From Lama guanicoe (taxonomy: Eukaryota), in assembly GCA_013239625.1 (NCBI GenBank), contig MU053304.1, forward strand, positions 2,046,001-2,110,000: a DNA stretch of 64,000 nt, given 5' to 3'. This document shows, piece by piece, positions 24,574 through 38,178 of this stretch. The notes under the pieces are model-generated. The model had not been told where the DNA came from, made no database searches, and saw only the letters and a list, made by a program, of their open reading frames with translations. A program made the position numbers and the translations under genes. The first letter of the stretch is position 1. Every line of letters starts with the position of its first letter.

Positions 24574-25089
24574 TGTTACCGCTGCAAACTGATGCTGCTC
24601 GCCGCGTAACAGGCCAATAAATCATGAGACAAGGTGTTGGCGAAAGGAATTCTGACTTTATTCAGAAAGCTGGCAGACCGAGAAGATGGCAGACTAATGT
24701 CCTGGAGAACCGTCTTCCCCAAGTCAGAGTTCAGGCTCCTTTTATACTAGAAGGGGGAGGAGGTGTGGTCGGTTGTTGCCCACTTCTTCTTGGAATCCTT
24801 TGTTCTTGCAGCTGCCCACCTAGGTAAGGTCACGATGTTTCTGTAAACCTCCAACAAGACGAATGTTACTCTCTGTCCCCAAACTTTCTCTCTCTCTATG
24901 AATGGAAAAGTGTTGCACCCTTAAAGGTCAGAGCCTTGAGCATGGGCTCCCTCGTATATTTCAGGCTCTAGGCAACATTCTTTTACAAAAGGTGCAGAGC
25001 CAGCAGGACTCAGCACGGGAAACAGAGCGCAGGGTTAGAGCTAAAGGAGCAGGTCTAACATGGAGTCAGATTTCTTCTTCCCAATTACA
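24574..25089 (-). mobile_element. ERV1-type solo LTR
   Basis: TG...CA termini (TGTTAC...TTACA); 4-bp flanks TGTC/CGTC (TSD with one transition); minus-strand TATAAAA at 24740-24746 and AATAAA at 24657-24662 in U3-R-U5 order. Confidence 0.85.
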
Positions 25090-25869
25090 CGTCCACAGGA
25101 GACATCCTAGAAGCGTCGGAAGTTAAACTTTGTTTTCCTGTGGCCTCCCTCCATGCGCCCACGGGCAGTATCTGTGCTGCTGTGACCGTGATTTGGAAGC
25201 TACTTCCATCGAGCCCTCGCAAATAATTTTCAATCTTCCGAATTCTTAAATTCATTACATGTTTCACCCCTTACGGGACTTGCTTGGAAAACTAAACAGT
25301 CCTTTATCAATGACAATTGGTCTTTTCAAAGCAAATTAATGGAGCCTACTAATGCAGGTTGTGAGCTGACTCGTCTGCCTCCTGACAGTCTGAGAGCCAG
25401 CACCAAACCCATTTAAAGACCTTCACTTACTCCTTTGCACGTTCAATAAGAATACCCCTCACTGAGCGCTTGTTCTGCGTCAGGCAGACGGCGAGCAGCA
25501 AGGTCGGCGCAAAAGGATTCTGGCTCCCGAGTTCACAGCTCGTTTTGAACCAGACCTTCATCTAATAATCAGACAAATGAGCACAGAATTACACTTTGAA
25601 GCACACGGCAAAGGAAAGGTAAACACTCGGCAGCTTATTTGCAGTCAAGTGTATGGGAATCTTGCTTCACCTGTTCACTTGCTAACAACTTTGGACACGT
25701 GAGTCTCTGAACCTATGCTTCATAATTTGGAAAATTGGGAATAAGGATAGGACCTCCCTTGGAGGGTCATGGTGAGAATGAAACACCAAATGCTGGTGTC
25801 TCTTTTTGAAAGAAATTTCTGGTTAAAAACTCCCAAGGACATTAAATTATCCACATGTCATTTCTTCTG

Positions 25870-26720
25870 TGTAACTATTTAGATGCCTCTGACTGCAGGT
25901 GACAAGACAAACCAACACACACACACTAACTTAGCCCATAAGGAAATCTTGTACCTGGTAGTCTAGAAGAAATGTGAGCTTCAGGATCAGCTTGATCTAG
26001 AAGTTCTGGTTCATTTTCCTTGCAGATCCCTTGGTCTTGTCCTCCTCTGTGTAATGGCATCACCACCAGGCTGCTTCCCTTATGATGGCAGAATGGCTCT
26101 GATTGTTTCTGTCTTAAATTAACATACTCTGCCTGCCCTATACAAATGTGTACCCACTCAACCCATCTCTACTTTACCATGTTTCCTTCCATCTTGCATT
26201 ATTTTCCATCATACTTGACACTGCCTGGCATGACACTAAGTAACTTCCTTAATTGCTTATTTTCTGTCTTTCCTGCTACAACTTGAAATCTGTGTTCTGT
26301 ATTGCCAATGTCTAAAACAGTGCTTAACACATAAAGGCTGCTTAAGAAATAGTTGTTGAGTGAATGAATGCCAGGACATCTAGAGGATGAACTAGAGGTC
26401 GACTCAGAGGCTCAGATTTCTTCCCAAATATCACTCAACTCTCATTGGCCCAAATTGCATCACATACACACTTTCGAATCATCCCTCACGGCAGCCAAAT
26501 GGCAAACACTCATTGGTGAAGATCCGGATTCCTGAGCCAATCACTGTTGCAGGGCATGGGATGGTCCTGCCACTGGGAAAGGGATCGTTACCCCTATCAA
26601 CACGTGGGATATAGACTGTGTGGTGGGATGGAAGAAGCGCCTGAACAAAACGGCAGTGCAATTACGATGGGGGAAGGCGAGAATGGTACCAGGACGCCAC
26701 CAAAAATGTCCTCTACATGA
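25870..26720. mobile_element. Diverged MaLR (MLT1-like) LTR pieces with an L2 3' end (~26150-26370, + strand)
   Basis: L2 tail motif aaatagttgttgagtgaatgaatg; MLT1-like motifs on either side. Subfamilies uncertain. Confidence 0.5.
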
Positions 26721-27054
26721 ACATGTAGGTAAAGGAGTGACCGGAGTGAGCGGGAGAGGTGAGGCAGCATTAGACTGGGAGTTTAAAAGCCTGGAGCCTT
26801 ACCCTAATTCCTTCTCTAACAAGCAGCTAGGACTGGGAGTGTCATTCCCCTGGGACTAGGCTTTGGCACTTTTGATATTGAGCAGCTGGTACTAGTTTTG
26901 GAGGTTTTGGCTTGACTTTTATACTTGTTACTTGATCCACAGACGTCTTTTTGTTTGTCCTATACTGTGTGTGTAAACCGAAATTTAAAAGTAATGAGAC
27001 TGTATCTCTGTCTCTGTCTCTCTTTCACATAAGCGCAAGCACGCACAAACACAA

Positions 27055-27076
27055 ACACACACACACACACACACAC
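27055..27076. repeat. (AC)11 microsatellite
   Basis: Read directly. Confidence 0.95.
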
Positions 27077-28149
27077 AACATCCCATGGCAGCAAGTGGCT
27101 GAAAGTGAAATGAAACTTCTTCTTTTAGACAGATGCATACAATCCCCACCACTCCCTATTGTCCCACTGGTACTAAAAATGAACGCTAGTTACCACTTAT
27201 AATCTTATTTGTTCAGCTATGTTTCTTTTGGGTTTGTTTTATTTTCTTTTTGTGGATAAACAATTTTCTGCAGCCACACCATCAAAATAGGTAAATGAGC
27301 ATTATGTTGAGTGGGCTGTGTGTTTCAGGGAAAATGAGAGCATAGTTCCTTGTGGAAGTGCAGGCTGTTTATGTGTCTGTTACGCAAAACCCCCCGCCTA
27401 CTTGATTGACATTATTTTCCTGGCCCCTGAGGTTATTTGTGTTTGGGAGCCCAAGTCTAGATCGGTGATTTTAAAAGTTATTTTTAAAAATGCATTTTTG
27501 GCTTCCAATGAAATATTACATGGAAGTGTGATATATAAATTGGATTAAAATAAACAAGACGATTTGATTGAACGTGATTGAGAGGTCCAGGTCCCCAGAC
27601 CCTTTAGCCCCATCTCCCCACTCCTCCCCACCCCAGTGGTCTCCGAGGGGATAGGAAGGCCCATAATAATCCCACAGAGGACAGTCTGAATACCGTTGGA
27701 CTAGCTTAATCCATATCCAAGGCATTTCGTCTCCCCATCCTTCAATCCACCCGTCTATCCAAGAGATGTTAATGGAGTTCTCAGCATGTATGAGGCCGGT
27801 GCTGGGAGCTGCCTGAATCAGGTGTAATTATTAGCTGTGGACCCCAGAGACATCATACGTGCCCCATGGATGTTAGAGGCTTGAAGGAAGACAGAAATTT
27901 GAAATACATCCTTGCATCAGGTTTCAATACCAGTATGTTATGGGAGCTTCTAGCAGGGAGAACCTGGTAGATTTCTGTAGCAGTCAGGAAAGACTCATTG
28001 ATAACTAACATCTAAGTTGGGGTCTGAGGGATGGTTAAGAATTACCCAGATGAAGAGCATGAAGTCTCAAAGAATGAGAGTGGGCACTTCTGAAGAACTA
28101 AAAATATTAAGTCTGGCTGGAGCCTTGTCATACAAGATCAAGGTTATAA

Positions 28150-28660
28150 GCCTGCATTGCTCTATGACCCAGCAATTTCGCTCCTAGGTAAATGCCCAAG
28201 AGCAGCCAAAGCTAAAAAACGTCTTGTACAAGAATGTGTATAGCAACTTGATTCATGAAAGTCCTCAGTGCAATAGAATATCACTAAAAAATAAGAAGGA
28301 AAGAACTACTGAAGTATAAAGCACTATGTCAGAAACTCGTAGGCATAAACGTTGAGCCAAAAAAGCCAGACACAGCAGAGGACATAATGCATGGTTCTGT
28401 TCATGTGAGATTCCAGATCAGGCAAAACCAATTTATGGTCCAAGAATCTGAACAGCAGTTGCCTCTGGGTACAGAGGATGGAGGGTGGGTGCGTTACCCG
28501 GAAAGGGTCCAGAAGGACATTTCTGGGATACAGAAATAGTCTCCATCTTGATTTTTGTGATAGTAACAGGAGAGTATACATCTGTCAAAAGCCATCAGAC
28601 TGTACACTTAAGATCTGTGTATTTTATTGCATCTCATTTTAAAAGTCAATAATTTTTAAA
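28150..28660 (+). mobile_element. Old L1 (L1ME/L1MC-like) 3' end
   Basis: ctatgacccagcaatt...ctcctagg, aaaagccagacac, tgtacacttaagatctgtgtatttt motifs typical of sense-strand old L1 3' ends. Confidence 0.75.
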
Positions 28661-29425
28661 AACAGTAAGGTCATTTTAAAAAGGGCAAGGAAGAGAGTAG
28701 ATTGAAGATGGAGAGGTAGGCAGAGACGGGAAGACTTCTGGGGTGGGGGTAGGGTGGCTTAGTGCTAGAACGGGAAGGAAGTGAAGGTCACGTGCTGGCG
28801 AGGGGCACGGCAGGACGATCGTGCCTCAGGGATTCTAGCTGAAATGAAATTTGGTTAGTGTATCATAGACCTCAGTCTCTGGATTGAATCAGCGGCTCCA
28901 TGATTTTGTAACGTAGGTTTTGCTGGGGACAAATTCCCATGCTAGTTATTACAATTTTCTAATCCACCGATTAAAATTGCACCCCCAGACACATTCCCAG
29001 ACTGCTCTGTGGCAGCAGAGACCAACAGACAGCCAAGTGCTGTCAGCTTTCTGTTGGTTGATTTGAAAAATCTCCAAATTGCTGAAGAGGATGTTCACAA
29101 AATTGAAATCCTTTTATTATTAAGCTAGTCCATGTGGAAAATTCTCCATGGCCAAATTATCTTTTAATAAGGCGATTTCCTACTTTCCCAAGTCAAAAGA
29201 CCCTTTAACAATCTGAAATTCTAATATTGTGGTTTCTTCCTTTTATTGGAGCCAAGCAACTCTTGCGGTCTTTCATAAATGTGACTTCGATGGGGAATTT
29301 TAATTTAACTCATTATTGCATGATCTTTCTTGCAGTGAGGTGGATGTATGTGTCTTAAGAAAACAAAAGGATAATAAATATCAAAAGTGGTCCTGAGATC
29401 AAGCTGAATTTTAGATAGACCACTC

Positions 29426-29428
<3 letters not shown>

Positions 29429-29468
<40 letters not shown>
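29429..29468. repeat. (AC)20 microsatellite
   Basis: Perfect dinucleotide run read directly. Confidence 0.98.
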
Positions 29469-29471
<3 letters not shown>

Positions 29472-29582
29472 AAGATGCAGACAGTGACATTCTGTGGAGG
29501 AACAGAGTTTTAAAACCAACAAAGTATTCTAGGGTTTCTCAAATTCTGCCTTATTCATAGTTTGGTCTGGATTATTCTTTGT

Positions 29583-29739
29583 CAGTGGCTAACCTGCGGG
29601 TTGCAGACTGTTTACAGCATCCCTGACCTCCACCCACTGGATGCCAGTAGCATCTCCCAATTGCGATCATGACAAAAGTCTCCAGATATTGTCAAATATC
29701 CCCTGGGGGATAAAAATCATCCCTGGTTGAGAAATATTG
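29583..29739 (+). mobile_element. MER20-like hAT-Charlie DNA transposon fossil
   Basis: 3' end gtctccagatattgtcaaatatcccctgggggataaaaatcatccctggttgagaaatattg matches the recalled MER20 terminus. Confidence 0.75.
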
Positions 29740-32700
29740 AACTAGACAATTTCTCCTTCATTTTTATTTCCTCATCCATCCATTCATCCTCTCACTCATT
29801 CAATTCATTCCATCCATTCATGTTAAGAATCTTCTCTGAACACGTATTGTGGGTTTTACAGACACCTCTTCCTGACCCATTGGTGTCTCATGTTTGGTCT
29901 AGGGGTGTGGTGGCAACAGAGAGCTACTAATTCTAAAGTGGTGGATGTCTTGTGTTTTCATGGTTTAGAATGAATAACATGACTTGCACTCAATACGCCA
30001 ATAAAAATAGCTGGCCAAAATGCTGATCATTTTGTGCAAATTATCTCCGTTAAGCTTGACGATTATCCAGTGGGGTAGGAACTTTTTCCTGCCATTTTAA
30101 GGTGTAGGAACTAAGTCCTAGAAAGTTGAAATCGTTTTCCAAAAGTCCCACAGGTTTTAAGACACGGAACCAGAGCTCTTGTTCATAATCACCATCAACC
30201 CATCCATTTATCGATCCATCCATCCCCCCTCCCCCACCCACCCACCCACCCATGACTGATTCATTAGACCCTCATTAATTCATCAACTCAGCAAGTATTT
30301 ACTTAACACAATTGTGTGCCAGCAAGCCCTCCCCTAATAGCTTTTCAAGTGTGCTTTGTGGGGGAAGGAGAAGACCACCATGGAGGCTGACGGGCCAGGA
30401 ATTGCTCACCACCTTGCATATCATGAGCTTCACCGAGGATGCTGTGTCTGTATCTTTCACAACAGTGGGTGCAGGGAAGCTCCCTTTTGAGTCTCAGTTC
30501 AGAAGGCAAAGGCGAGGGGCTGGCTCTGAGTTCTGTGCTTGGGGGAGAGGCTTCCCCTGGGGCAGCTGGTGCTGAGCCTTCACTGTTGTCTTCCCGAATG
30601 CCCTCCTAGGCTGCCCCTGGCCCATGGCTCTGGGCTTTGTAAGATGCACAGGAGACAGGAAGGCGCTTTCAGAGAGACAGCCAAGCTTTGCACAACGACA
30701 CAGGCTTCCTGTAGTTGAGGGCCGAAGGGTGTTTGGAAATTACTCTGTTCAACCTCCAAGCTACAGATGAGCCAAGTGAGGCCAGGAAGACCAGAAGATG
30801 ACTTTCCCATGGTCAGGAGAAACAACTGCTATTAGGAAAGAGAAGATGGGTTCATGTAGCTGGAAGGATGCACTGCACATTTCCTGGCACATTGTTGACA
30901 CTCAATAAACAGTAATCGTCATGATTCCTAATGGGCCCTGGTCTCCGCTGGCCCCCGGAGGTCAGCTGTGAGCACAGAAGATGCGAGGTGGCACGTGGAG
31001 AGAACAGGGGTAGCTTGCGGAGAGATTGCTTTAAGTGACTCTGCTGGTTTACCCCACGAACATGTTAGCGCAGCTCAGCTTGAGACGACTCGTGAGTGTT
31101 TCAGCTGTGAAAGCTTTCAGCACAGGATAATATTCATGCAGAAAGACCTCAAATCAGGCAGCGAGGGACATGACTCATGTGCTTTGCTCTCTATGTGAAT
31201 TTTTAGGTGTGCTACAAGTGGATTAACTTTAATCCTTAAGTAATCTTAGACCCCAGTGATGAGAAATTTTAGAATAAGAACTGCAACCCAAACAGTTTAA
31301 AGTGTGGACTCACCTAATTGGGAGTTGGTAATCCTAAAATAAACTAAGGTTAAGTTGAAAGTTACTGTACAAGTGGGTTGGTTGCTTTTCAAGTCCTTAT
31401 TTTCAGGGTTCGGCAGAGTCAATCTTCCTTGAAAGACTATACTATCTGGATCTCTCCGTAAAGGATGGGTGATCTCCACGCCATTCCTCAGGGAACCTCC
31501 CTCGAAGGCAGTCACCACTTAACACGCAGACAGGACCAACGTCCAGCTCTTTTCTTCCACGGAAGACTCATTCCCAGATCCATTGCTTCCGAGGAGGCAC
31601 CAAACAGCTTTCCTTCAGCCCCATCTGCTTTGTCTAGGCGTTTACTTGACTAGATTGTACAGTCCTTTTGGGTGAAATCCTATCGTTTATCCTTTCCCAC
31701 TCATTAAAGGTATCCATCACTTTTTGAGGGATTATCCTTCCACACCCCCTCCTGTGCCTCTCCCATCCCTTCACATCTGGGGTGGTTGAAGAGCATCAGT
31801 GAACTCTTCCCAGTCCCCAGTGCTCCAGTACCAATTCCTTTATTTCCATTATTCCAAATGAATATGCTTGCAACAAATCAGAATTTCCCAAGCTTGCCCA
31901 GTTATGGAAATCACTGTCATGCTTGTGAAATCAACAGACTCTAGGACCTTCTCCAGTGGAGACTGAACCATAGATTTCTGTTCTGGGCCTGCTCTGGGCT
32001 AAGCTTTGGACCCCATTCTAGCAGCTTAGGGGGGAAATATTGATTCAGGTTGATGGTCTTCAAGGAACTGCAGCTGCGGGGAGGGGGCATTGAAAGCTTT
32101 GTGGGGGAGGGGGCAAGGGATTTAGATTGTAGGAGAGCCAGACACAACTCTCTGTGTCTGCAAGGCTGGGCTTGCTGTGTGAGCAGGGCCTTTGGGTCGG
32201 CTCAGAGTGGGAAGAGTTCCAACTTGAGGGAGAGGGTAATAAAAAAAAAAAATGATCGCTGATTATTCCTGCTCCGGCCCTGACTGTCCTCTTTAAACCC
32301 TGCTCATCAACCTGGCTATTGCCATATGATCGGCACAGGAATTCATGCTGAGCAATCTACCCCCAGGAGCTGGGGCCCTCGCTGCATTTTTAAAGGTCCT
32401 CTCTTCCTTGCAGTGAACTTGTAAGTGGCCTGGGCTAGACTCCACAAAAGGGAGAATGTTTTCAGCACCGTTGCACATTTAAATCTAATTGTGACAGAAA
32501 ATAACCCTGATCTCCCAGTTTCCAGGGACCTCAGAATTTTATCTATATATTGTACCTTTGATTTATTTGCATTAAAAATAGGTCTTTCTGTTCAAAATGC
32601 TCTCAGATTGAAACAGCTAATCATAGATCTGTGGCAAGGAACAGACCCAGGGAAGTCGGCAGGGGCAAGGCTGCCTGCCTTGGGTTTGTCGTTACCAGAC

Positions 32701-34939
32701 TTGTGGGCGCCTCTCGGTGACTGGAACTGGCTGATCAAACGAGGGACGTGCGGAAGGAGTGGGGGGACCTGCCAGTCGGGGGTGCCTGCGACCTCTGCTC
32801 CACGAGGCTTCCCTGCGTGTTGCACTGGGAGGGGGTCGTTCGTGAGCTCCTCGTTAGATAAAAGCTTCCGGAAGCCATTGCTCTCCCAGCTGCCTTGGCT
32901 TCATACTCTTGTTCTTACTTCCCAGAGCACATTTCCCCCTTCCTGAACAGCGGTGGGAAACGGGCCTGCTGCGTGCACTCAGAAGGATCCCCCAGCATTC
33001 GGTGGTGTCTCCAGCAGGTGCCTCCAAACAGAGGTAACTTTAGGGGAGTGACTTTCCTTGCTAGCCTGCAACCACTAACTTGTCCAAATAACCATATTCT
33101 TCAAGGAATTGACCTTTCGCCTTCAGATTCACATCATTAAGCTATGCTAAGGTGTTTACGAAAGCCCTCCTTCTCCTAAGCCCAGACATACAGGCCCTTT
33201 CCATGCACACAGCTTGAAATCTGTCTGGGGATCCTTGATAAGAGCTTCTGTCCTCTGCTGGCCCTCTGGTCCACCCAACATCCTTCTGCTGGGGGCCCAT
33301 CTGTTTGTCACAGCGAGCCGTGACAGCACTTGGGCAGTACAAGTCCACTCTTCTTACCTGACGACGCAAAGCTTTTCCCCATGTCATTTCCACTCTGGCA
33401 ACAACGTTGGCGTTTTCAGCAGCTGTGGACAGAGCGTCCTGTTTCGAGGTTTCACGGAGTGTGCAGAAGGCAGAAGCTACTGTCGGGCCACTTCCGCTTC
33501 TTTCGAGTGTTTTGTTCATTTGTCCATCAAGGGGACAGCACAGTGGATGTCCCAGATTGTCACTTCCCTGCCATGTGGTCGAGCGCAGGGCACATTGCCT
33601 CCCTGGTTCTCAGAGTTCTTCCAGATCCTTGAGTTCCAGGATCTGTTTTCATTTTATTTTCCCAAGTGTCCAGAAATCCCCTGCTTATCGTCAACTGATG
33701 CACAAGCACTTTAAAAGAATTGCTTTCAACAAATATATTCTCCAAATTTATTTGCATTTTAATTGCTAGGTGACTTTTCAATAAGGTGCAGAAGCCTTAA
33801 CATTTTACACAAGTATTTCATCTTTCCCCCGTGCCATCTTCCCATATCTATTTTCCCTGAATGTCCTTAGAGTACCAATAATGTTCTTTTTATATAAAAA
33901 GCTTAGAAAAGTCAGTATGAAAAATCCTAAAATTCAACAGAGTAGTAGGGAAAGAACACAGACGATTTACAGAAGAAACACAAATGTAAAAGAAGGAAAG
34001 GAATTCCAAATAACGATGAAATGCTGCTTTTCTCTTATGAAAATAGCCAGGTACCAAGTGCGATGGTGAGGTCGCAGGAGCTGTAAAGTCTGTCCTCTCC
34101 TTTGCACGAGGGGCAGCAGCAGCCCTGAAACTGACTTGGGAAGGACCACGGTCTGAGGGAGGGGCCGGGTCGGGGAGGACAGGGCTTCAGTAGACTTTCT
34201 GTGGAGTTTGGTTTAGTTGGCATGTGCCCCCAAATTGAGGGTGAAACACTGATTCGTCATATTAAAGGACCATGATGGGAGGGGGGCATTTAGGCTCCCT
34301 CTTGGCGCCCCCAGGAAGAAGCCATCCTGGGGCACACTCCAACCAGGTGTGGTTGGTACCTGCACAGAGACTAAAGGATGAGGAGGATGCCTTTGGTGCC
34401 GGGGAGGCGGACGGGGTGGGGGCACCGGAAGGGCGGGTGTGCTGAAGGCAGTGCCACTGCTCTCCCCGGCTTTGGCTCAGTGCGTGCGTGAGTGTGTGTC
34501 TATGTGTGTGCCGTGTATACATACTTCAAGAGCAAAAGGGGAACTCTAATGATGCCTGGTTTTTAACCTGTTTATTTTTAATTTACATTTTTTTTCAGGA
34601 GCATTTTCCCTTCATTAAGCATAGATTTTAAAGTTGCTGGTCAAATATTTCTTTCCCAGGGAGACTAGCCATGACCTGTATTAAAGAGAAGCCCCTGGCA
34701 CTCTCTCCACGCCTTTGCTGCTTGTCCTTCGCCTAGCACTAGTCACTACAAAACATGCAAATACACACGTACATCCACAGAACTAGAAGCTGTGGACAAG
34801 CAGGGCCCTCCTCTCTTTCGCTCATACCAGTCTCAGCGCCGGGACTTCAGACAGACACAGTGTAGCTACAATGGACATGATTTGAATGAATGAATATAGC
34901 CTATCAAATAATTACTCTCTAAAATTAAAATAAATGTTT

Positions 34940-36180
34940 TTCCAAGTTTATTGAGGAATAATTGACAAAAGTAATCATATATAAAGTATACAACATGATA
35001 TATATGTGTGTGTATATATATATATTTATGTAAAATGACTACCAGTGTCAAGATAATTTAACATATCCATCACCTCACATAGGTAATTCTTTTATTGTTT
35101 GTGATAAGAATGCTTCAACTCTACTCTCAGCAAATTTTAAATATACAATATTGTATTATTAGCTATAACCACTGTGGTGTACATTAGATTCTCAGAACTT
35201 ACTCATCTTATAACTGAAAGTTTGCACCCTTCGATCCTCATCTCCCCACTTCTACCCCCCGCTAGTTCCACATACAAATGGTACCATGCAGAATATGTCT
35301 TTCTCTGATTTTATGTGTATGTGTATGTATATATACACATACACACACTGCATTTTCTTTATCCAGCTGTTGCCAAAACATAGCCTCCGTACCCTGCTTA
35401 CTGAATTGAGACTCAATGACCGAGTTTTAGATGAAGTAGAAAAGGCAAAGGCAGCTTTATTTCTTTGCCAGGCAAGGAGGTCACAGGGGGCTAACGCCTC
35501 TAAATTCAAGAGTTCAAGGGGTGGAGCTAGTTTCCATAGAGATCACAATCAAGGTAACAAATTGTTGCAAAGTTGTTCTTGTTTTTGCAGATGCTGTGGT
35601 CCCTTTCCCTCTGCTGGGTATGAAGTTCACTTCCAGTTTGTGACTCTTTTAATATCCTTGTACCTAGAACAAAGGACTCATAAGAAAGGGCTCCGTGGAA
35701 AAGAGCTCTAGAGAAAAACTTGTGCAGTTTAAATTCAGGTTGATAAATGCTTTTAGCCTTGTAAGCAGGCTGGGATCTGGGACCACCTGCTGCCGGCTGA
35801 GGCCTGCAGCTTGAACAACAGGATACAAGGAAACCACAAGGTATCAAGAGGAGGGCACAGGGCTTAAGAGAAGGGCACTGGGGCAGGAGCAGGGCACTGA
35901 GCATGATCCCTGCATGCAGCACCACAAGGGGGTTGGGAGGACCACCCGAGCCTCCCTCCTCTTCAGGCTAATGCTGGTCAGCAAGAGCATGAGGAAAACC
36001 CTTTAAGCCATCACACAGTTAGGCAGTTACAAACCCCATTACAGATATCAGATGGTCACTGATGACCACAGGGTCCTGCTTGGCTGCACAACCATCCACT
36101 GAAGGACATTTAGGTTATTTCCATATCTCGGCCACTATGAATAATGCTGCCGTGAACATGGGAGTGCAGACGTCCCTCTG
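34940..36180 (-). mobile_element. L1 3' end split by an LTR insertion (L1 pieces 34940-35367 and 36089-36180)
   Basis: The L1 motif ttctttatcca...catccactgaaggacatttaggttatttccat is interrupted by the LTR; typical L1 3' UTR (tacattagattctcagaacttactcatcttataactgaaagtttg). Confidence 0.85.
35368..36088 (-). mobile_element. ERV1-type LTR element (solo LTR or internally deleted remnant)
   Basis: TG...CA termini, 4-bp flanks CAGC/CAAC, minus-strand AATAAA at 35456-35461; cleanly interrupts an L1. Confidence 0.8.
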
Positions 36181-38178
36181 AACTCTCTAAAGTTTTAATC
36201 ATACGTTTATTATTGGACGTTTATAACTTGAGGGACTTCCAAGTTATCACTCTTGTCAGTAAAACTCCAATGATTGTCTCTGTACATAAATCTTCATTGT
36301 TGCACTAAGGACTTCCTCTTGACAGATCACTGGCTGTGGCATTGTGGGTAAGAATATAAAGTTTCTTGCAATGGAGTTATCCCTTAAGGCAGAGGCTCTG
36401 TGGTTCAGTACCCCTTTTGTTGGGCACAGGGTCCAGAATACACTGAAATGTACCAGGAGCTCACGACATGTTTGCTGAGCGAACCAGCTAAGCAGCCAGT
36501 GCGGCCCGAGGAGGCTTCATGCCCCATAGGACTGGGTGCTGGGCTCATAGGGCTGCCAGGAGCACTGGGCCAGGGAAGCCTGGCGCCCTGTGTGCTGTGC
36601 CTGGTGGCCAGATGGTCTCCTCACCCCCGGAGGCCTGTGGGTGGACGGCTGCCACATGAGTCACTGTGGCCACCGAGAACCACCAAGGAGCTCAAGCCGC
36701 CTGATGAAATGGGCTCTTTGCCCCAGGAAGTGTTTTGTGGCTTCCAAGGATCAGAGGGAAACTTAGTGAAGAAATGGAATTTCAGTCTTAACTGCAGAGG
36801 TGACAGATATCTTAAGAGTTTTCTGGGCTGCAATCGATTTGGAGCAAGAGGGCAGGCGGGTCCTGGCGGAGGCCACGTGGAGCGCCCGGAGGGGTGCAAG
36901 ACAGGGCAAAGGCATTGCGTGTGTCTCTGGTGGGAGGCTGAAGTCTCCGACTCCTGGCTGAAAATCCTGGCTGGCAAGGCAACCGCTCGCTCCCTGGGCA
37001 GAAGAAAGGCAGCGTTGCTTCCCACTTCCTCCACATGTGCTCTTCCGAAAGGCCCCGTCATCACTTTTTCCTCCCCTCGCCCACACATTGCTTGTCTTGG
37101 ATCTGGGGTCTGTCTGAATGGGAGTTGGTCTTGGGTTGAACATGTGGGACTGAGCCCCTCATTTTCCGTGAGTACCATTTACGGGTTAGAAACCAAAGGG
37201 AACCGGTGGCAAAACAGGGACACGTGTGTTGGGAAGGACCATCGGCTTGTGGAGCTGTGAGGTGGGCATCACAGGAACCATTCCCAGTGAGGAGTTCATA
37301 GCTAACAAATCACAGATGCGTCTAGACGTTCTTGAGCTCTGAGAGGTCAAGTTGACTGGATGCCCTCTTTAGACCATTCTTGCGTGTCTGTAGCCGAAAT
37401 CAAGCCACCAATGGGTGGCGACCAGCCAAGGAGCTTCCCGGGGCTGCTCGTCAGCTTTCCAGCTGGCAAAGAGACCGCCTGTCCTGGAGTGAAGACGACC
37501 GGGCCCCAAAGCTGGTGTTTCTTTTCTCATCACCTTGGCATTTGCTGTTCCGACTGGAGTACAGGAATTTTGTTTCTTGTTGTTTTTGTGAATTTTAAAG
37601 CCAGAGGGACTTTTGCAAAAGCAGACAGGGTTTCTCAGCTTCCTGCTCAGCAGATGTGGGTGACAAGAAGCTAGTGGGAAGAGGCGGACTTGCAACAGGA
37701 AACTCTCACCTTTGGCCGATGCCAAAGTGCTCATGGCCCCGAGCAAAGGAAATTGACGTTTACGGGAAGGGACTTGCTACTGCTGAGAGCATTTAAGCCT
37801 TTGTCAGGGTCTAGTCAGGGGCTCCACTATTCCACCCTGTGTACGTGTGAGCAGAGCCAGATGAAAGGATGCTCTGGCAGACTGCGTTACACACAGCAGA
37901 GCTTTACGAACCACTCATATCTACCATCTGCTCCACTCGCTTTTAATAAATAACATCTTGTTTCTTTCTTCAAATTGACACCAAAAGTCGTAAGTGTCAG
38001 TCCCAGGGCCCCGATCATTCACAGGATGCCACTTACCTGTCTTCCTGAGTTCAGATACTGGATAAATTTGGGATGGAGGGTTGCAGATCCAGCGCGCAGA
38101 GCTTGGCACCTTGACCTTGAAGGAAGTCCTGACAGTCAGAGACTTTCCCTAAATCTCAGCTCTCAAACTTGGCTGCAC

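Noticed and set aside
33416..33437. REST/RE1-like site TTCAGCAGCTGTGGACAG
   Set aside because: Mismatch in the left half and a 3-bp rather than 2-bp spacer relative to TTCAGCACCnnGGACAG.
36400..37260. Longest ORF in the track (286 aa) and overlapping antisense ORFs
   Set aside because: GTG start, GC-rich sequence with open frames on both strands, no recognisable domain or splice structure; most likely a chance ORF.
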